A stretch of 64,000 nt of DNA from an uncultured Oscillospiraceae bacterium (GTDB lineage Bacteria; Bacillota; Clostridia; Oscillospirales; Acutalibacteraceae): the NCBI GenBank assembly GCA_902490735.1, contig CABUFC010000002.1:141089-205088 (forward strand), in the 5' to 3' direction. The position numbers and the translations under genes are program-made. Shown here one piece after another: positions 9,275 through 20,370 of the stretch. A model generated the notes under the pieces. It was given only the letters and a program-made list of their open reading frames with translations. It did no database searches and was not told the DNA's origin. How positions within the stretch are numbered: position 1 is the stretch's first letter; each line of letters opens with the position of its first letter.

Positions 9275-9709
9275 TTATTTGGCGCAGTCGCAATGGCCTT
9301 CGTTAAGATTCTTTCCGCAATTTGCGCAAATTCCAAGGCAATCTTCGCTGCAAAGGTGTAAAAAGGAAATGTGCAGCAAAATCTCGCTGCGACAGAGTTC
9401 CTTAATGTCAAGTCGATAACCAGGTATTAAAATATAATCGTCATTATCTTCTTCCGATTCTGTTACCAAAACCTTGTTTAGGGGAATATCGTACTTCTTT
9501 GTTGTTAAATTTAAACAACGATCACACGGCTTTGTTATTTCGGCAGAAATTTCTGCTTTAAGCTTTAATACATCGGCAGAAAGAAAAACTTGGCCTTTAA
9601 TACTTACCGGCTTATCACAAAAAATATTTTCTTTCGAAAGATCAATATTTTCTGAAATGTCAAGTTTTTTTCGGTTGCCCGACACAACCTCTCTTAAATC
9701 GAGTTCCAT
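9275..9709 (-). CDS. YceD/DUF177 family ribosome-maturation-associated protein
   Basis: 144 aa. C-terminal Cys-rich motif CSEDCLGICANCGKNLNEGHCDC and the conserved position upstream of rpmF. Confidence 0.85.
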   Translation of the reverse strand: MELDLREVVSGNRKKLDISENIDLSKENIFCDKPVSIKGQVFLSADVLKLKAEISAEITKPCDRCLNLTTKKYDIPLNKVLVTESEEDNDDYILIPGYRLDIKELCRSEILLHISFLHLCSEDCLGICANCGKNLNEGHCDCAK

Positions 9710-9726
9710 AACTGTTTGCTAAGGCT

Positions 9727-9915
9727 TTAAACCGCTCTTGTAACCTTACCGGAGCGCAGGCAGCGGGTGCAAACGTTTATTCTGCACGGCGTGCCGTTAA
9801 CTATAGCCTTTACACGCTTTACGTTGGGTTTCCAAGATCTGTTGGACCTTCTGTGAGAGTGGGAAACAGCAATGCCGAAACGGATCTCTTTGCTGCATAT
9901 ATCACATTTAGCCAT
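9727..9915 (-). CDS. rpmB: 50S ribosomal protein L28
   Basis: MAKCDICSK...SHSHRRSNRSWKPNV... Start chosen at the ATG at 9915, preceded by AAGGAGGTG. The longer track ORF would begin upstream of that RBS. Confidence 0.93.
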   Translation of the reverse strand: MAKCDICSKEIRFGIAVSHSHRRSNRSWKPNVKRVKAIVNGTPCRINVCTRCLRSGKVTRAV

Positions 9916-10074
9916 ATCTTGCACCTCCTTAAAAAATTCGATAGCCATATTATAATATCACTATTCGGAGCAATTTGCAAGTATTATTTTAAAATATTTT
10001 TATTGAAGCCGTGATTTAATTGTAGTATAATATTTTTAGTATATGATATTTTAATTTTGCAACGAGGGATTTAT

Positions 10075-10554
10075 ATGAAAAGAAACGGATATATATCTTG
10101 GGATGAATACTTTATGGGCATTGCACTTTTATCTGCAAAACGGAGCAAAGACCCTAGTACGCAGGTTGGCGCATGTATTGTAAACGATGAAAACAGGATT
10201 ATGTCCGTTGGATATAACGGAATGCCAAAGGGCTGTTCGGATGATGAATTTCCATGGGAGCGTGACGGCGGCACGCTTGACACTAAATATGCATTCGTGT
10301 GCCACGCAGAGCTAAATGCAATATTAAACTTTAGGGGTGGCTCGTTATCGGGCTGTAAAGTTTATTGTACACTGTTTCCCTGCAACGAATGTGCCAAAGC
10401 AATTATTCAATCCGGCCTTAAAGAGATTATTTATCTTGAAGATAAATATGCTGATACAGACGGTGTTAAAGCCTCGAAATTAATGTTTAAAAATGCCGGA
10501 GTTGTGTTTAGGCCTTACAAAAAAAGCGGTAGAGAGATTTTATTTTCTTTGTAA
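10075..10554 (+). CDS. comEB: dCMP deaminase (ComEB family)
   Basis: Zinc-binding cytidine/deoxycytidylate deaminase motifs HAELNAI and PCNECAK. GAGGGA RBS precedes the ATG at 10075. Confidence 0.85.
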   Translation: MKRNGYISWDEYFMGIALLSAKRSKDPSTQVGACIVNDENRIMSVGYNGMPKGCSDDEFPWERDGGTLDTKYAFVCHAELNAILNFRGGSLSGCKVYCTLFPCNECAKAIIQSGLKEIIYLEDKYADTDGVKASKLMFKNAGVVFRPYKKSGREILFSL

Positions 10555-10627
10555 AATTTTTAAAAATAGTTGTTATTAATTTTATTATATAGTATAATGA
10601 TATATAATTTTTTGGAGGATAACGGAA

Positions 10628-11644
10628 TTGTTCACCCGAGATATTGGAATTGATTTAGGAACCGCCAATACCCTTGTTTGCGTTAAGGGTAAAGGAATAA
10701 TTATGCGCGAGCCGAGCGTAGTAGCTTACGATGTTCGCAATGATGTTGTGCGGGCAGTGGGTAAAGAAGCAAAAGAGATGATAGGACGCACCCCGGGCTC
10801 TATCGGCGCCGTAAGACCGCTTAAAGACGGGGTTATTGCGGATTTTGATTTTACTGCGGCTATGCTTAAAAAATTCATACGCCAGGCGCTTCGCGGTACA
10901 TTGTACACAAGGGTACGCGTTATGATTTGCGTTCCTGCAGGCGTTACCGAGGTTGAATCTCGCGCTGTATTTGACGCGGCAAAACAAGCGGGTGCTAATT
11001 TTATTGAGCTTATAGAAGAGCCTATGGCCGCGGCTATTGGAGCAAATCTTCCGGTTGACGAAGCGGCAGGCTGTATGGTGGTTGATATTGGCGGCGGCAC
11101 AAGTGAAGTTGCTGTTGTGTCATTGGGCGATATTGTAACGGCACAGTCGGTGCGTGTTGCCGGCGATAAAATTGACGAAGCAATAGTAAATTACATACGC
11201 AAAAAGCACAATATGTTAATTGGCGAGCGTACTGCGGAACAAATTAAAATCGAGATAGGTTCTGCCGAACCGGATCTTACAGACGGCAGTATGGAAATAA
11301 AGGGAAGGAACCTTGTTGACGGCCTTCCGAAAAATATAATAATCACCGCTGCAGAAATACATGAAGCTATTTCCGATACGGTTGATCAAATAGTAGACGC
11401 AATTAAAACCACTCTTGAAAAAACTCCGCCGGAATTATCTGCCGACATACTGGATAACGGCATTACTTTAACCGGCGGCGGCGCACTTCTTCGCGGGCTT
11501 GATACGCTAATTGCCAGAGAAACGGGCATGCCTGTAAATATAGCGGACAATCCTATGGACTGCGTAGTGCTCGGCACAGCTAAAAGGCTGGAAGAAGCCG
11601 AGTTTAACGGCAATACCTTCCGCAGGTTTAAAAGATACAGATAG
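10628..11644 (+). CDS. mreB: rod shape-determining protein MreB
   Basis: 338 aa. Actin-fold phosphate-1 motif GIDLGTANT and DIGGGT; TTG start after GGAGGA. Confidence 0.95.
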   Translation: MFTRDIGIDLGTANTLVCVKGKGIIMREPSVVAYDVRNDVVRAVGKEAKEMIGRTPGSIGAVRPLKDGVIADFDFTAAMLKKFIRQALRGTLYTRVRVMICVPAGVTEVESRAVFDAAKQAGANFIELIEEPMAAAIGANLPVDEAAGCMVVDIGGGTSEVAVVSLGDIVTAQSVRVAGDKIDEAIVNYIRKKHNMLIGERTAEQIKIEIGSAEPDLTDGSMEIKGRNLVDGLPKNIIITAAEIHEAISDTVDQIVDAIKTTLEKTPPELSADILDNGITLTGGGALLRGLDTLIARETGMPVNIADNPMDCVVLGTAKRLEEAEFNGNTFRRFKRYR

Positions 11645-11656
11645 GAGATATATTTC

Positions 11657-12514
11657 TTGCGTTTTTTCTTTAAAAGCAGAAGATTTAAAATAATGGCATC
11701 TATCGCGAGCGTAATAATAGTTGTTAGTATTATTTTTGTTACGGTCGGCGGTATCGCTTCGCCGTTATCAAGTTTAGCCGGGGCGGTTATCGCACCGGCC
11801 GAAAAGTTTTTCAACGGTATTAGTGACAGCATCGGCGACTTTTTTGAAAAGCTTAACGATGCCGATAAAATTATGCTTGAAAATGCCGAACTTAAAGAAA
11901 AGATAAACGAGCTTAATTCGGATATAATCGATTACGAAAAAATAAAAGATGAAAATGAGTTTTACAAGAATTATTTAAATATTAAGGATGAAAACCCGGA
12001 CTTTGAACTTTTAAAAGCAAGTCTTATTTCAAAAAATGAGGACGATATTTACGGTTCTTTTTTAATTGATAAAGGTTCTTTGTCGGGGGTCGCTTTATAC
12101 GATCCGGTTATAACATCTGCAGGACTTGTAGGTTATGTTGGTGAAATTTCGCCAAGCTACAGCAAGGTTATTACGATACTGGATCCGAAATTATCCTGCG
12201 GCGCGTTTGACCGCAGGACTAAGGATGTTGGTATTGTGTCGGGCGCTGCCGAAAATGCCAAAGCACAAAAAACTCGCATAAAAAACATATCGCGTACTTC
12301 AAGCGTCGCTATTGGCGATATGATTGTAACGTCCGGCGGCGGCGTTTTCCCCGAAAATTTGCTGATTGGCACCTTAGAAGGCTTGCACAGAGAGGATTAC
12401 TCTTCTTCTGTTTACGGAACAGTAACACCGGCGGTGGATTTTGACGATATTTCGGATGTTATGATAATCACTTACTTTAACGGCCAGGGCAACCTGCTTA
12501 CAAGCGGAGATTAG
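11657..12514 (+). CDS. mreC: rod shape-determining protein MreC
   Basis: 285 aa. N-terminal TM helix, a coiled-coil segment (ENAELKEKINELN) and a beta-rich C-terminus; lies between mreB and mreD. Confidence 0.85.
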   Translation: MRFFFKSRRFKIMASIASVIIVVSIIFVTVGGIASPLSSLAGAVIAPAEKFFNGISDSIGDFFEKLNDADKIMLENAELKEKINELNSDIIDYEKIKDENEFYKNYLNIKDENPDFELLKASLISKNEDDIYGSFLIDKGSLSGVALYDPVITSAGLVGYVGEISPSYSKVITILDPKLSCGAFDRRTKDVGIVSGAAENAKAQKTRIKNISRTSSVAIGDMIVTSGGGVFPENLLIGTLEGLHREDYSSSVYGTVTPAVDFDDISDVMIITYFNGQGNLLTSGD

Positions 12515-12515
12515 T

Positions 12516-13034
12516 ATGGAAAACAGTACGTTAAGGCTTATTATAACATATTCTATATTTTTAGACATTTTTCTGCTTGTATATCTTATGGGCAGAACAC
12601 CCTTTTTAAGCTTTAAAATAGGCAATATTGCGCCATTTTTATTGCTTTCGGCACTTATGGCGCTCTGCATGTTTTTTAACGAATGGTACGGGTTTATTTT
12701 TGGCATTGTATGCGGCATTTTAAAAGATTGCTCGGCTGTCGGTACGGGGTGCTTTAATACCATTGCGCTTATGCTTATAGGAGCTGTCGCGGGATTTGTT
12801 GCATCGAGATTTTTAAATAAAAACTTTAAAGCGGCGGCAATGCTTACTTTTGTGGCCGCAATTTTGTATTTTGCATTGCACTTTACCGCCTCGGTTTTGT
12901 TTTCTGCCGAAGTAAATAAGCTTGGCTACTTTTTAACTATCAGTTTGCCGTCGGCGGTATATTCGACGTTATTTATTATTCCGTTTTATTTTTTATTTAA
13001 ATTTTTATATAAACGGCTTAGCGCTGAAAATTAA
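12516..13034 (+). CDS. mreD: rod shape-determining protein MreD
   Basis: 172 aa, strongly hydrophobic and multi-TM, located immediately after mreC. Confidence 0.7.
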   Translation: MENSTLRLIITYSIFLDIFLLVYLMGRTPFLSFKIGNIAPFLLLSALMALCMFFNEWYGFIFGIVCGILKDCSAVGTGCFNTIALMLIGAVAGFVASRFLNKNFKAAAMLTFVAAILYFALHFTASVLFSAEVNKLGYFLTISLPSAVYSTLFIIPFYFLFKFLYKRLSAEN

Positions 13035-13045
13035 GGAGATCGCTT

Positions 13046-15040
13046 TTGAAATCCAAAGATTATTTAAAAACGGTAAAAACACGTAATAGACTGCTTGTGA
13101 TTATCCTTGCGGTTTGTATTGTTGTATTTACTGCGCGTGCGGTGGATCTTCAAATTATAAGCGCCTCTAAAAACAGCGCTCAGGCGGCCGGTCTTTCTTA
13201 CAGAACAGCCGTTATTAAAGCTGCCAGAGGCGAAATTATAGATTATTACGGAAGGCCGCTTGCTACAAACCGCGAAGGTTACAATATAGTCTTTTACAGC
13301 GCGTATATCGATAAAGATAGTTTAAATGATACCATATATTCGCTTATGGGATTATTAAGTGACAAAAACTTGACATGGCGCGATGATTTGCCAATATCTA
13401 CAGGCAAAGTATTCAGCTTTATGGATAATGAATCGAGGGTTAAAAGCCTTAAAAAACTTTTGGGACTTGCAAATTACGCGACTGTTGAAAACTGCATGGA
13501 CGAGCTTGTTAGCCGCTATCAGCTTGAAGGAAGAGATCCATCTGTACAGCGCCTTATAGCCGGTGTTCGTTATACTATGGAGGCGGCGAGCTTTTCTGTT
13601 TCGTATCCTTATACATTTGCCGAAGATATTAGCGACGAAGTAATGACTATTGTTTCGGAATCGGGGTATTCGTTAAAGGGTGTGATGGTTGAGGTTGCAC
13701 GGTTTAGAGAATATTCTGCAGGGTCTGTAGTGCCGCACATTGTCGGAAAAGTCGGTCCTATTTACGCCGAAACCTGGGATGAATACAAAAACGACAATTA
13801 TTCGTTTGGCGATAAAGTCGGGATTAGCGGCATAGAAAAACAAAGTGAAAAATATCTTCGAGGCGAAGACGGTGAAATCACCTATACTTTAGACAACAAG
13901 GGGCAGGTAATATCTTCACGCGTTACAAAACCTGCCAAAGCCGGAAGTACAATAAGACTAACATTAGATAAAAAATTGCAAACCGCCGCGCAAAGCGCGT
14001 TAAAATCTGTAATTACTCAGTGCAACAATGCGGGTATTTACGTCAATGCCGGAGCGGGAGTGGTGCTTAATGTTAAAACCGGCGGCGTATTGGCGTCGGT
14101 AAACTGTCCGACATATACGTATGAAGATCTGCAAAATAATTACGAAAAACTTGCTAAAGACAGCGCAAAGCCTTTGTTTGACCGCGCTTTTAACGGGACA
14201 TATCCGCCGGGCTCGGTTTTTAAACCGATGGTTGGCCTTACCGCTTTAAGGCTTAATAAGGTTACGGTAGGCGAGTCGATTTACTGCAGCGGCAGATATA
14301 CCCATTTTGACGATTATCAGCCAAAATGCATGCACGTGCACGGATCCATAAGCCTTAATAACGCAATAGCAAAATCCTGCAACGTATATTTTTATGAAAT
14401 GGGCAGGCGTATCGGAATTACAGAGCTAAATAATAATGCACGTAATTTTGGATTCGGTGAAAAAACCGGAATAGAACTTACCGAAAGCGCGGGAATCCTT
14501 GCCGGCCCTGATACAAGAGAAAATTGGTACGAGGGATATACTATTCAGGCGGCTATAGGCCAGTCGGATAATGCGTTTACTCCTTTGCAGCTTGCAACCT
14601 ATGTTTCTACTGTCGCAAATTCCGGCACAAGATATAAAACCACGCTTATTGATAAAATTGTAAATTACGAGCAAAACGAGACGGTAATTGAAAATAAGCC
14701 TGTAGTAGTAAGCCAAATTGAATACAGGCAGTCGGATATTAATGCCGTTAAAAACGCTATGCTTTCAGTAACCGAGGACGGTACCGGAAGCGCGATATTT
14801 AAAAGTTATGCAATCAAGGTCGGAGGTAAAACGGGTACGGCACAAAACCAGCAGGGAGCAGACCATACCGTGTTTGTAGCTTTTGCACCTTTTGATAATC
14901 CCGAAATTGCTGTTGCTGTAGTAATTGAGCATGGCAAATACGGAAAATACAGCGGTTCTTTTGTAAAGGCGTGCTTGGATTCGTATTTCTTTACTCAAAT
15001 AAATACATTTACAGCACCTGAAACAGGCAAATTACTTTAA
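13046..15040 (+). CDS. mrdA: penicillin-binding protein 2 (class B transpeptidase)
   Basis: 664 aa. Transpeptidase motifs SVFK (SxxK), SCN (SxN) and KTGTA; follows mreBCD. Confidence 0.9.
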   Translation: MKSKDYLKTVKTRNRLLVIILAVCIVVFTARAVDLQIISASKNSAQAAGLSYRTAVIKAARGEIIDYYGRPLATNREGYNIVFYSAYIDKDSLNDTIYSLMGLLSDKNLTWRDDLPISTGKVFSFMDNESRVKSLKKLLGLANYATVENCMDELVSRYQLEGRDPSVQRLIAGVRYTMEAASFSVSYPYTFAEDISDEVMTIVSESGYSLKGVMVEVARFREYSAGSVVPHIVGKVGPIYAETWDEYKNDNYSFGDKVGISGIEKQSEKYLRGEDGEITYTLDNKGQVISSRVTKPAKAGSTIRLTLDKKLQTAAQSALKSVITQCNNAGIYVNAGAGVVLNVKTGGVLASVNCPTYTYEDLQNNYEKLAKDSAKPLFDRAFNGTYPPGSVFKPMVGLTALRLNKVTVGESIYCSGRYTHFDDYQPKCMHVHGSISLNNAIAKSCNVYFYEMGRRIGITELNNNARNFGFGEKTGIELTESAGILAGPDTRENWYEGYTIQAAIGQSDNAFTPLQLATYVSTVANSGTRYKTTLIDKIVNYEQNETVIENKPVVVSQIEYRQSDINAVKNAMLSVTEDGTGSAIFKSYAIKVGGKTGTAQNQQGADHTVFVAFAPFDNPEIAVAVVIEHGKYGKYSGSFVKACLDSYFFTQINTFTAPETGKLL

Positions 15041-15052
15041 AGGAAGATGAAA

Positions 15053-15502
15053 ATGAAAATTGCAATTGGAAACGATCATGCTGCATTTAAACTTAAGAAA
15101 ATAATAGTTGAGTATTTAAAAGGGAAAAACTATGAGGTTTTAGATCTTGGTACCTATACAGAGGATAAATGCGATTATGCTGTATACGGTGAGAAGGTAG
15201 CAGAAGCTATTAAAAACGGCGAAGCCGATCGCGGAATTTTAATCTGCGGCACGGGCATAGGCATTTCGCTTGCGGCTAATAAAGTGCCCGGTATTAGAGC
15301 GGCTGTATGCTCCGATGCGTATTCCGCTAAAATGTGCAGAGCCCACAACAATGCGCAAATTTTAGCCTTTGGAGCACGCGTGATTGGTGAGGATACTGCA
15401 AAAATGTTAGTCGATACGTTTTTGTCAACCGAGTTTGAAGGCGGACGCCACACTCACCGCGTAAACCTAATAAGTGAAATCGAAAAAAAGTACAACAAAT
15501 AA
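15053..15502 (+). CDS. rpiB: ribose-5-phosphate isomerase B
   Basis: RpiB/LacA/LacB family with the ILICGTGIGISLAANK block. The second ATG (15053) has better spacing from AAGGAAG than the ATG at 15047. Confidence 0.9.
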   Translation: MKIAIGNDHAAFKLKKIIVEYLKGKNYEVLDLGTYTEDKCDYAVYGEKVAEAIKNGEADRGILICGTGIGISLAANKVPGIRAAVCSDAYSAKMCRAHNNAQILAFGARVIGEDTAKMLVDTFLSTEFEGGRHTHRVNLISEIEKKYNK

Positions 15503-15504
15503 AA

Positions 15505-15528
15505 AAGCCGGACTTTTTAGTCCGGCTT
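15505..15528. terminator. bidirectional terminator between rpiB and glyA
   Basis: Stem AAGCCGGACT / AGTCCGGCTT with a TTTT loop, flanked by A- and T-runs. Confidence 0.75.
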
Positions 15529-15533
15529 AAATT

Positions 15534-16784
15534 TTATTTATATAGCGGAAACTCCTTGCAAATTTCTGCTACACCATCTATTATTGCAGATTTATGGGCG
15601 TCAAAATCAAAAACGGCAGCCTCTATAAATTCTGCAATTTTTTTCATTTCCGTAATTCCCATATTTCTGGTTGTAACAGCCGGAGTTCCTACGCGCAGTC
15701 CGCTTGTTATTGTAGGTTTTTCGGTATCAAACGGAATGGAGTTTTTGTTTGCGGTAATTTTTACAGAATCAAGCCTTTCTTCCAGTTCTTTTCCGGTAAC
15801 TCCAGTTCCTCTAAGGTCTAAAAGCATTAAATGATTGTCCGTACCACCGGAAACCAAGTTAATTCCGTTGTTTAAAAAGTGTTCGCTCATAGCTTTTGCA
15901 TTATTTACTATATTTTGCTGATATTGTTTAAATTCATCTGAAAGCGCTTCTTTAAAGCACACGGCCTTTGCTGCTATTATATGCTCGAGTGGGCCGCCCT
16001 GGCAACCGGGGAAGATAGCTTTATCAATTGCTTTTGCATATTCTTCTTTACATAATATAAGGCCGCCGCGAGGACCGCGCAAAGTTTTGTGGGTTGTAGA
16101 AGTTACAATATCTGCGTAAGGCACAGGGCTTTGATGAAAACCTGCGGCAACAAGACCTGCAATGTGAGCCATATCCACAAAAAATATCGCGCCAACACGC
16201 TTTGCAATATCCGCAATAATATCAAACTTAATTTCTCTTGGGTATGCGGAAGCACCTGCGACAATCATTTTCGGCTTTGTCTTTTTTGCAATTGCTTCAA
16301 GCTCGTCATAATCGATAAAACCGTCTTTATTTACTCCGTAAGGAACAAAGTTGTAGGTTTTTCCGGAAGCATTTACCGGGGAACCATGGGTTAAATGACC
16401 GCCTGCTGAAAGACTCATGCCCATAACAGTATCTCCGCTTTTAAGTACTGCGCTGTATGCTGCCAGATTTGCTTGTGAACCCGCATGAGGCTGAACATTG
16501 GCATGCTCGGCTTTAAATAATTTGCAGGCTCTTTTTCTTGCAATATCCTCAATGCCGTCAACATTTACACATCCGCCGTAGTATCTGTGGGCAGGGTATC
16601 CTTCTGCATATTTATTTGTTAAAATACTTCCCATGGCGGCAAGTACTGCCGGAGATACAAAATTTTCACTTGCTATAAGTTCAATTCCGTTTTGCTGGCG
16701 TTTAAGCTCTTGTGCCATAAGCTCGCCGATTTCACTATCGTATTTTTTAACAAATCCGATACTGTCCAACAGATCTTTGTACAT
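15534..16784 (-). CDS. glyA: serine hydroxymethyltransferase
   Basis: 416 aa. PLP-lysine motif [12 protein letters not shown] and full-length SHMT similarity. A TTGAAA-17-TATAAT promoter sits in the 16785-16851 spacer. Confidence 0.97.
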   Translation of the reverse strand: MYKDLLDSIGFVKKYDSEIGELMAQELKRQQNGIELIASENFVSPAVLAAMGSILTNKYAEGYPAHRYYGGCVNVDGIEDIARKRACKLFKAEHANVQPHAGSQANLAAYSAVLKSGDTVMGMSLSAGGHLTHGSPVNASGKTYNFVPYGVNKDGFIDYDELEAIAKKTKPKMIVAGASAYPREIKFDIIADIAKRVGAIFFVDMAHIAGLVAAGFHQSPVPYADIVTSTTHKTLRGPRGGLILCKEEYAKAIDKAIFPGCQGGPLEHIIAAKAVCFKEALSDEFKQYQQNIVNNAKAMSEHFLNNGINLVSGGTDNHLMLLDLRGTGVTGKELEERLDSVKITANKNSIPFDTEKPTITSGLRVGTPAVTTRNMGITEMKKIAEFIEAAVFDFDAHKSAIIDGVAEICKEFPLYK

Positions 16785-16851
16785 TTCTTATCAGTCCTTA
16801 AATCTTTTTCAAATATTATAAACCATAGAGCGCTTTTTTTCAACAAAAAAA

Positions 16852-18099
16852 CTATTTTTTACGGCTTTCCTCTAAAACTTTTTGCGCGGCAGTTAAAATG
16901 CCGTATCTTCCGCTGTCAAAATTAATCGAGCCCTGTAAAAATACGGCATATGGTTCTTTTAGCGGTGCGTCCGCTGAAAGCTCTATTGAAGAGCCCAAGG
17001 TAAAAGCGCCGGCAGCCATTATTATTTTATCATCATAACCGGGCATTTCTGTAGGCGTTGGAACAGCAAAACTGTCAATAGGTGAAGCACTTTGCAGCCC
17101 TTTGCAAAAAGCGATAAGGTTGTTTTCGTTATTAAGTATAAGGGTTTCAATAATATCAAAACGCTTGTCCGAATACCGCGGAGATGCTGAAAACCCTAAA
17201 ATTTCGAATAAAGCCGCTGCGTAAATTGCAGTTTTTAAGGCTTCGGTTACTACATGCGGAGCCGAAAAAAGTCCCATAAACAGTTCGCGGTTATGCCCGA
17301 GCGTTGCACCGATCTCGCGGCCAACTCCGGGAGCTGTCATACGAGCTGCGCATTTTTTTATAAGTTCGCTTTTTCCTGCAATGTATCCGCCGCAAGGTGC
17401 TATGGCGCCTCCCGGGTTTTTAATTAAACTGCCCATCATAATATCAGCGTCCGGTTCGCTTTCTTCAACAAATTCACCGTAGCAGTTATCAAGCATTGTA
17501 ATAATATTCTTATCGGCTTTTTTTGCGCTTTTAAAAATATTGTTTATTTCTTCTACCGAAAGCGTCGGGCGCAGACTGTATCCCCTTGAGCGCTGTACAT
17601 ATACGGCCTTGTATTTTCTTTCACATAACAGCTTTACCATTCTGTCGATATCAACCTTTTGGTTTTTAAGCGGAACTATGTCAATACCTACATTAAAGTC
17701 GGTTAAGGAACCATCGGTAGGGTTGTTGTGCCCGAGTACTCCTTGTAGGGTGTCATACGGCTCGCCGGTAACTATCAATAGCCGGTCGTGCGGCCTTAAT
17801 ATTCCAAAAAGCCCCACCGTAATAGTGGCGGTGCCGCTTGCAAACGAGTGCCGAATTATAGCGTCCTCCTTGTTAAAACAGAGCGCTAAAACCTTGTCTA
17901 GCGTGTCTTTTCCGGCATCGTCGTATCCGTAACCGGTACTTGCGGCAAAGTGATGAGAGCCAACACCGCATTCTCTAAAAGCAGATAATACCTTCCACTG
18001 GTTTTTGCGGCCGGTATCTTCAACTTTTTTAAAGTATTTTTCGCACGCCTTCATTGCTTCTTTATCGGCTTTTATTATTATTTCTTCAAATTCAGACAT
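16852..18099 (-). CDS. methionine gamma-lyase family protein (YnbB / aluminium-resistance-protein family)
   Basis: 415 aa PLP-fold protein with the characteristic N-terminal region (ALKAFRE-like SAFRECGV...HHF..STGYGYDD). Confidence 0.75.
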   Translation of the reverse strand: MSEFEEIIIKADKEAMKACEKYFKKVEDTGRKNQWKVLSAFRECGVGSHHFAASTGYGYDDAGKDTLDKVLALCFNKEDAIIRHSFASGTATITVGLFGILRPHDRLLIVTGEPYDTLQGVLGHNNPTDGSLTDFNVGIDIVPLKNQKVDIDRMVKLLCERKYKAVYVQRSRGYSLRPTLSVEEINNIFKSAKKADKNIITMLDNCYGEFVEESEPDADIMMGSLIKNPGGAIAPCGGYIAGKSELIKKCAARMTAPGVGREIGATLGHNRELFMGLFSAPHVVTEALKTAIYAAALFEILGFSASPRYSDKRFDIIETLILNNENNLIAFCKGLQSASPIDSFAVPTPTEMPGYDDKIIMAAGAFTLGSSIELSADAPLKEPYAVFLQGSINFDSGRYGILTAAQKVLEESRKK

Positions 18100-18112
18100 C
18101 TTTTTTTTCCTT

Positions 18113-18145
18113 TATTAAAAATTTGACCGCAGACTTTGCGGTCAA
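18113..18145 (-). terminator. rho-independent terminator after murD
   Basis: Stem TTGACCGCA / TGCGGTCAA followed by ATTTTTAAT on the minus strand. Confidence 0.6.
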
Positions 18146-18149
18146 AATA

Positions 18150-19529
18150 TTATAATTTTAAAACCAGTTCTTTGTAATGATCTCCGCGAATAGCAAAATT
18201 GGGATACGCATCAAAACTGGCGCAAGCCGGGCTTAGTGTAACTATATCGCCGGGCACTGCGGATGCTTTTGCTTTTTTAACGGCGTCTTCCATATTTTCA
18301 GCATGCAGAACATTCGGTTTGCCTTTGTAATCCTTATGATTTATTAATGCACTTTCAATAATGCTTGCCGTAGGGCCCTGCAAAATTAAAGTTTTTACAT
18401 GATCAATAATATACGGAATCATGGGGTCAAACGGAATGTGCTTGTCATAACCGCCGGCAAGAAGCACAATAGGTTCGTTAAATGATTTTAAACCCGCTAT
18501 CGTTCTTGTTGGGCTTGAAGCTATTGAATCGTTATAATATTTAACACCGTCAAGCTCTCGAACAAATTCAATTCTGTGTTCAACGCCCATAAATTCTTTT
18601 GCAACTTTTCTGATTGAATCGGCCTTAACATAACCCCACACTGCAGAAATTGCCGCAAGATAGTTTGCAACATTATGCTCGCCTATAATAGATATATCAC
18701 GCTTATTCATTAAAGGAACCTGCATGTCGCGGTATGCTACATAAATATCTCCTTTATTATCAACATATGCGCCGTTTTTAACTGCACCGTTCATGCTAAA
18801 TCCCATTAGCTGGCCGCGTACATCCTTTTTAAATCCAAGAGTAATGTCGTTGTCGTAATTAAGCACCGATCGCGAAAAAGCATTTTGGTGGAGAATAATA
18901 TTCCTTTTTGCTTCGATGTACTCGTTCATATCTTTGTGCACATCTAAATGATTTGGCGCAACGTTTGTAACAACTGCAACATCCGGACTTTTTCTCATGG
19001 ATATTAGTTGGAAAGAAGAAAGTTCCGCTACAACAAAATCATCTGGCCTTATATCGTCAAGCTGTGGCAGTAAGGGTCTTCCGATGTTTCCGCCAAGGTG
19101 AACGCGCTTGCCGTCCGCTTCAAGCATTTTTGCAATTAATGTTGTGGTTGTTGTTTTACCGTCAGAACCGGTAACTGCAAAAATTGTTGCAGGACAAAGG
19201 TCAAAAAACACCTCCATCTCGCTTGTTACGGCAATTCCGTTGCGTCGGGCTTTTTTAAGCTCCGGAATATTAAAATTCATACCGGGCGTTCTAAAAATAA
19301 CGTCAACTTCTAAGTTTGAAAGATATTGTTCGCCAAGCCTAAGTTCTGCTCCGGCTTTCTCCAGCCTGTCTGCAAGCTCGCCAATAGCACTGCGCTCGCG
19401 GCGATCGCAAACAAAAACCTTTGCACCATCCTCTAAAAACTTTAAAGCTAACGGAGTATTGCTTATGCCAATGCCGCAAATTGCAATGCGCTTATTTTTT
19501 ACCGAACCGAAAAATCGTTTACAATCCAT
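18150..19529 (-). CDS. murD: UDP-N-acetylmuramoylalanine--D-glutamate ligase
   Basis: 459 aa Mur ligase with P-loop GSDGKTTT and the MurD-type N-terminal Rossmann domain. Confidence 0.93.
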   Translation of the reverse strand: MDCKRFFGSVKNKRIAICGIGISNTPLALKFLEDGAKVFVCDRRERSAIGELADRLEKAGAELRLGEQYLSNLEVDVIFRTPGMNFNIPELKKARRNGIAVTSEMEVFFDLCPATIFAVTGSDGKTTTTTLIAKMLEADGKRVHLGGNIGRPLLPQLDDIRPDDFVVAELSSFQLISMRKSPDVAVVTNVAPNHLDVHKDMNEYIEAKRNIILHQNAFSRSVLNYDNDITLGFKKDVRGQLMGFSMNGAVKNGAYVDNKGDIYVAYRDMQVPLMNKRDISIIGEHNVANYLAAISAVWGYVKADSIRKVAKEFMGVEHRIEFVRELDGVKYYNDSIASSPTRTIAGLKSFNEPIVLLAGGYDKHIPFDPMIPYIIDHVKTLILQGPTASIIESALINHKDYKGKPNVLHAENMEDAVKKAKASAVPGDIVTLSPACASFDAYPNFAIRGDHYKELVLKL

Positions 19530-19596
19530 AAAATCACCCGTATTTAGTATATTAATATTATACTTACTAATTAATTAAATATCAAATATAAATTTA

Positions 19597-20325
19597 TTAT
19601 TCGCCGTATCTTTTTATTCCGGTGCGTTTATGATTACTTGTATTATGAAGCTTGTCGATTTTTTCTTTAGATATTTCGCTAATTTCCTCGCCACGGATAT
19701 ATGCGTCAAGCTCTTTGTATGTTACACCCATCTCGTGCTCATCGGTTTGCCCGTCAAAAAGTGCGGCCGAAGGCGCCTTTTTTATAATATTTTCGGGGGC
19801 TTTTAAATATTCTAAAAACTCAAACACTTCGCTTGCTGTCAGATCCGCAATCGGGTTAAAATCGTGGGCGCCATCGCCCCATTTTGTAAAATATCCTACA
19901 AAATACTCGCTCGCGTTTCCTGTGCCGGCAACAAGCCGGTTTTCTGAAGCGGCAATAGAATAAAGTGTTATCATTCTAATGCGCGGAGCCATATTTATAA
20001 GAGCGTTTTTATTAAGCTTTGTTATGTTGAACAGCTTTTGTATAACCGCGTCCTTAATAGATGAAATATCAACCACGCGCGTTTCTATACCGTACTGGTT
20101 TGCAAGAACGATGCCGTCGTCAAAATCTTCGGTAAAATTGCGTTTTATGCCACATGGCATAATTACACCAAGCGTATTATCACACGCGGCCTTGCATAAA
20201 ATGCCAACAAGCGCCGAATCTTTTCCGCCGCTGTTTCCGAAAATAATTCCATCAGCACCGGATTCTTTTAAAATGTCTTTTATAAATTTTACTCTTTTTT
20301 CAAATTCTAATTTATAATCTCGCAT
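19597..20325 (-). CDS. nadE: ammonia-dependent NAD+ synthetase
   Basis: 242 aa with PP-loop SGGKDS; the short (no glutaminase domain) NadE architecture. Confidence 0.9.
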   Translation of the reverse strand: MRDYKLEFEKRVKFIKDILKESGADGIIFGNSGGKDSALVGILCKAACDNTLGVIMPCGIKRNFTEDFDDGIVLANQYGIETRVVDISSIKDAVIQKLFNITKLNKNALINMAPRIRMITLYSIAASENRLVAGTGNASEYFVGYFTKWGDGAHDFNPIADLTASEVFEFLEYLKAPENIIKKAPSAALFDGQTDEHEMGVTYKELDAYIRGEEISEISKEKIDKLHNTSNHKRTGIKRYGE

Positions 20326-20336
20326 TTTTATCCTTT

Positions 20337-20364
20337 CAAAAAATCGGAGACCGAAGTCTCCGAT
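20337..20364 (-). terminator. rho-independent terminator after the CofE-like gene
   Basis: Stem ATCGGAGAC / GTCTCCGAT with a 4-nt loop, followed by TTTTTT on the minus strand. Confidence 0.7.
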
Positions 20365-20370
20365 AGTAAA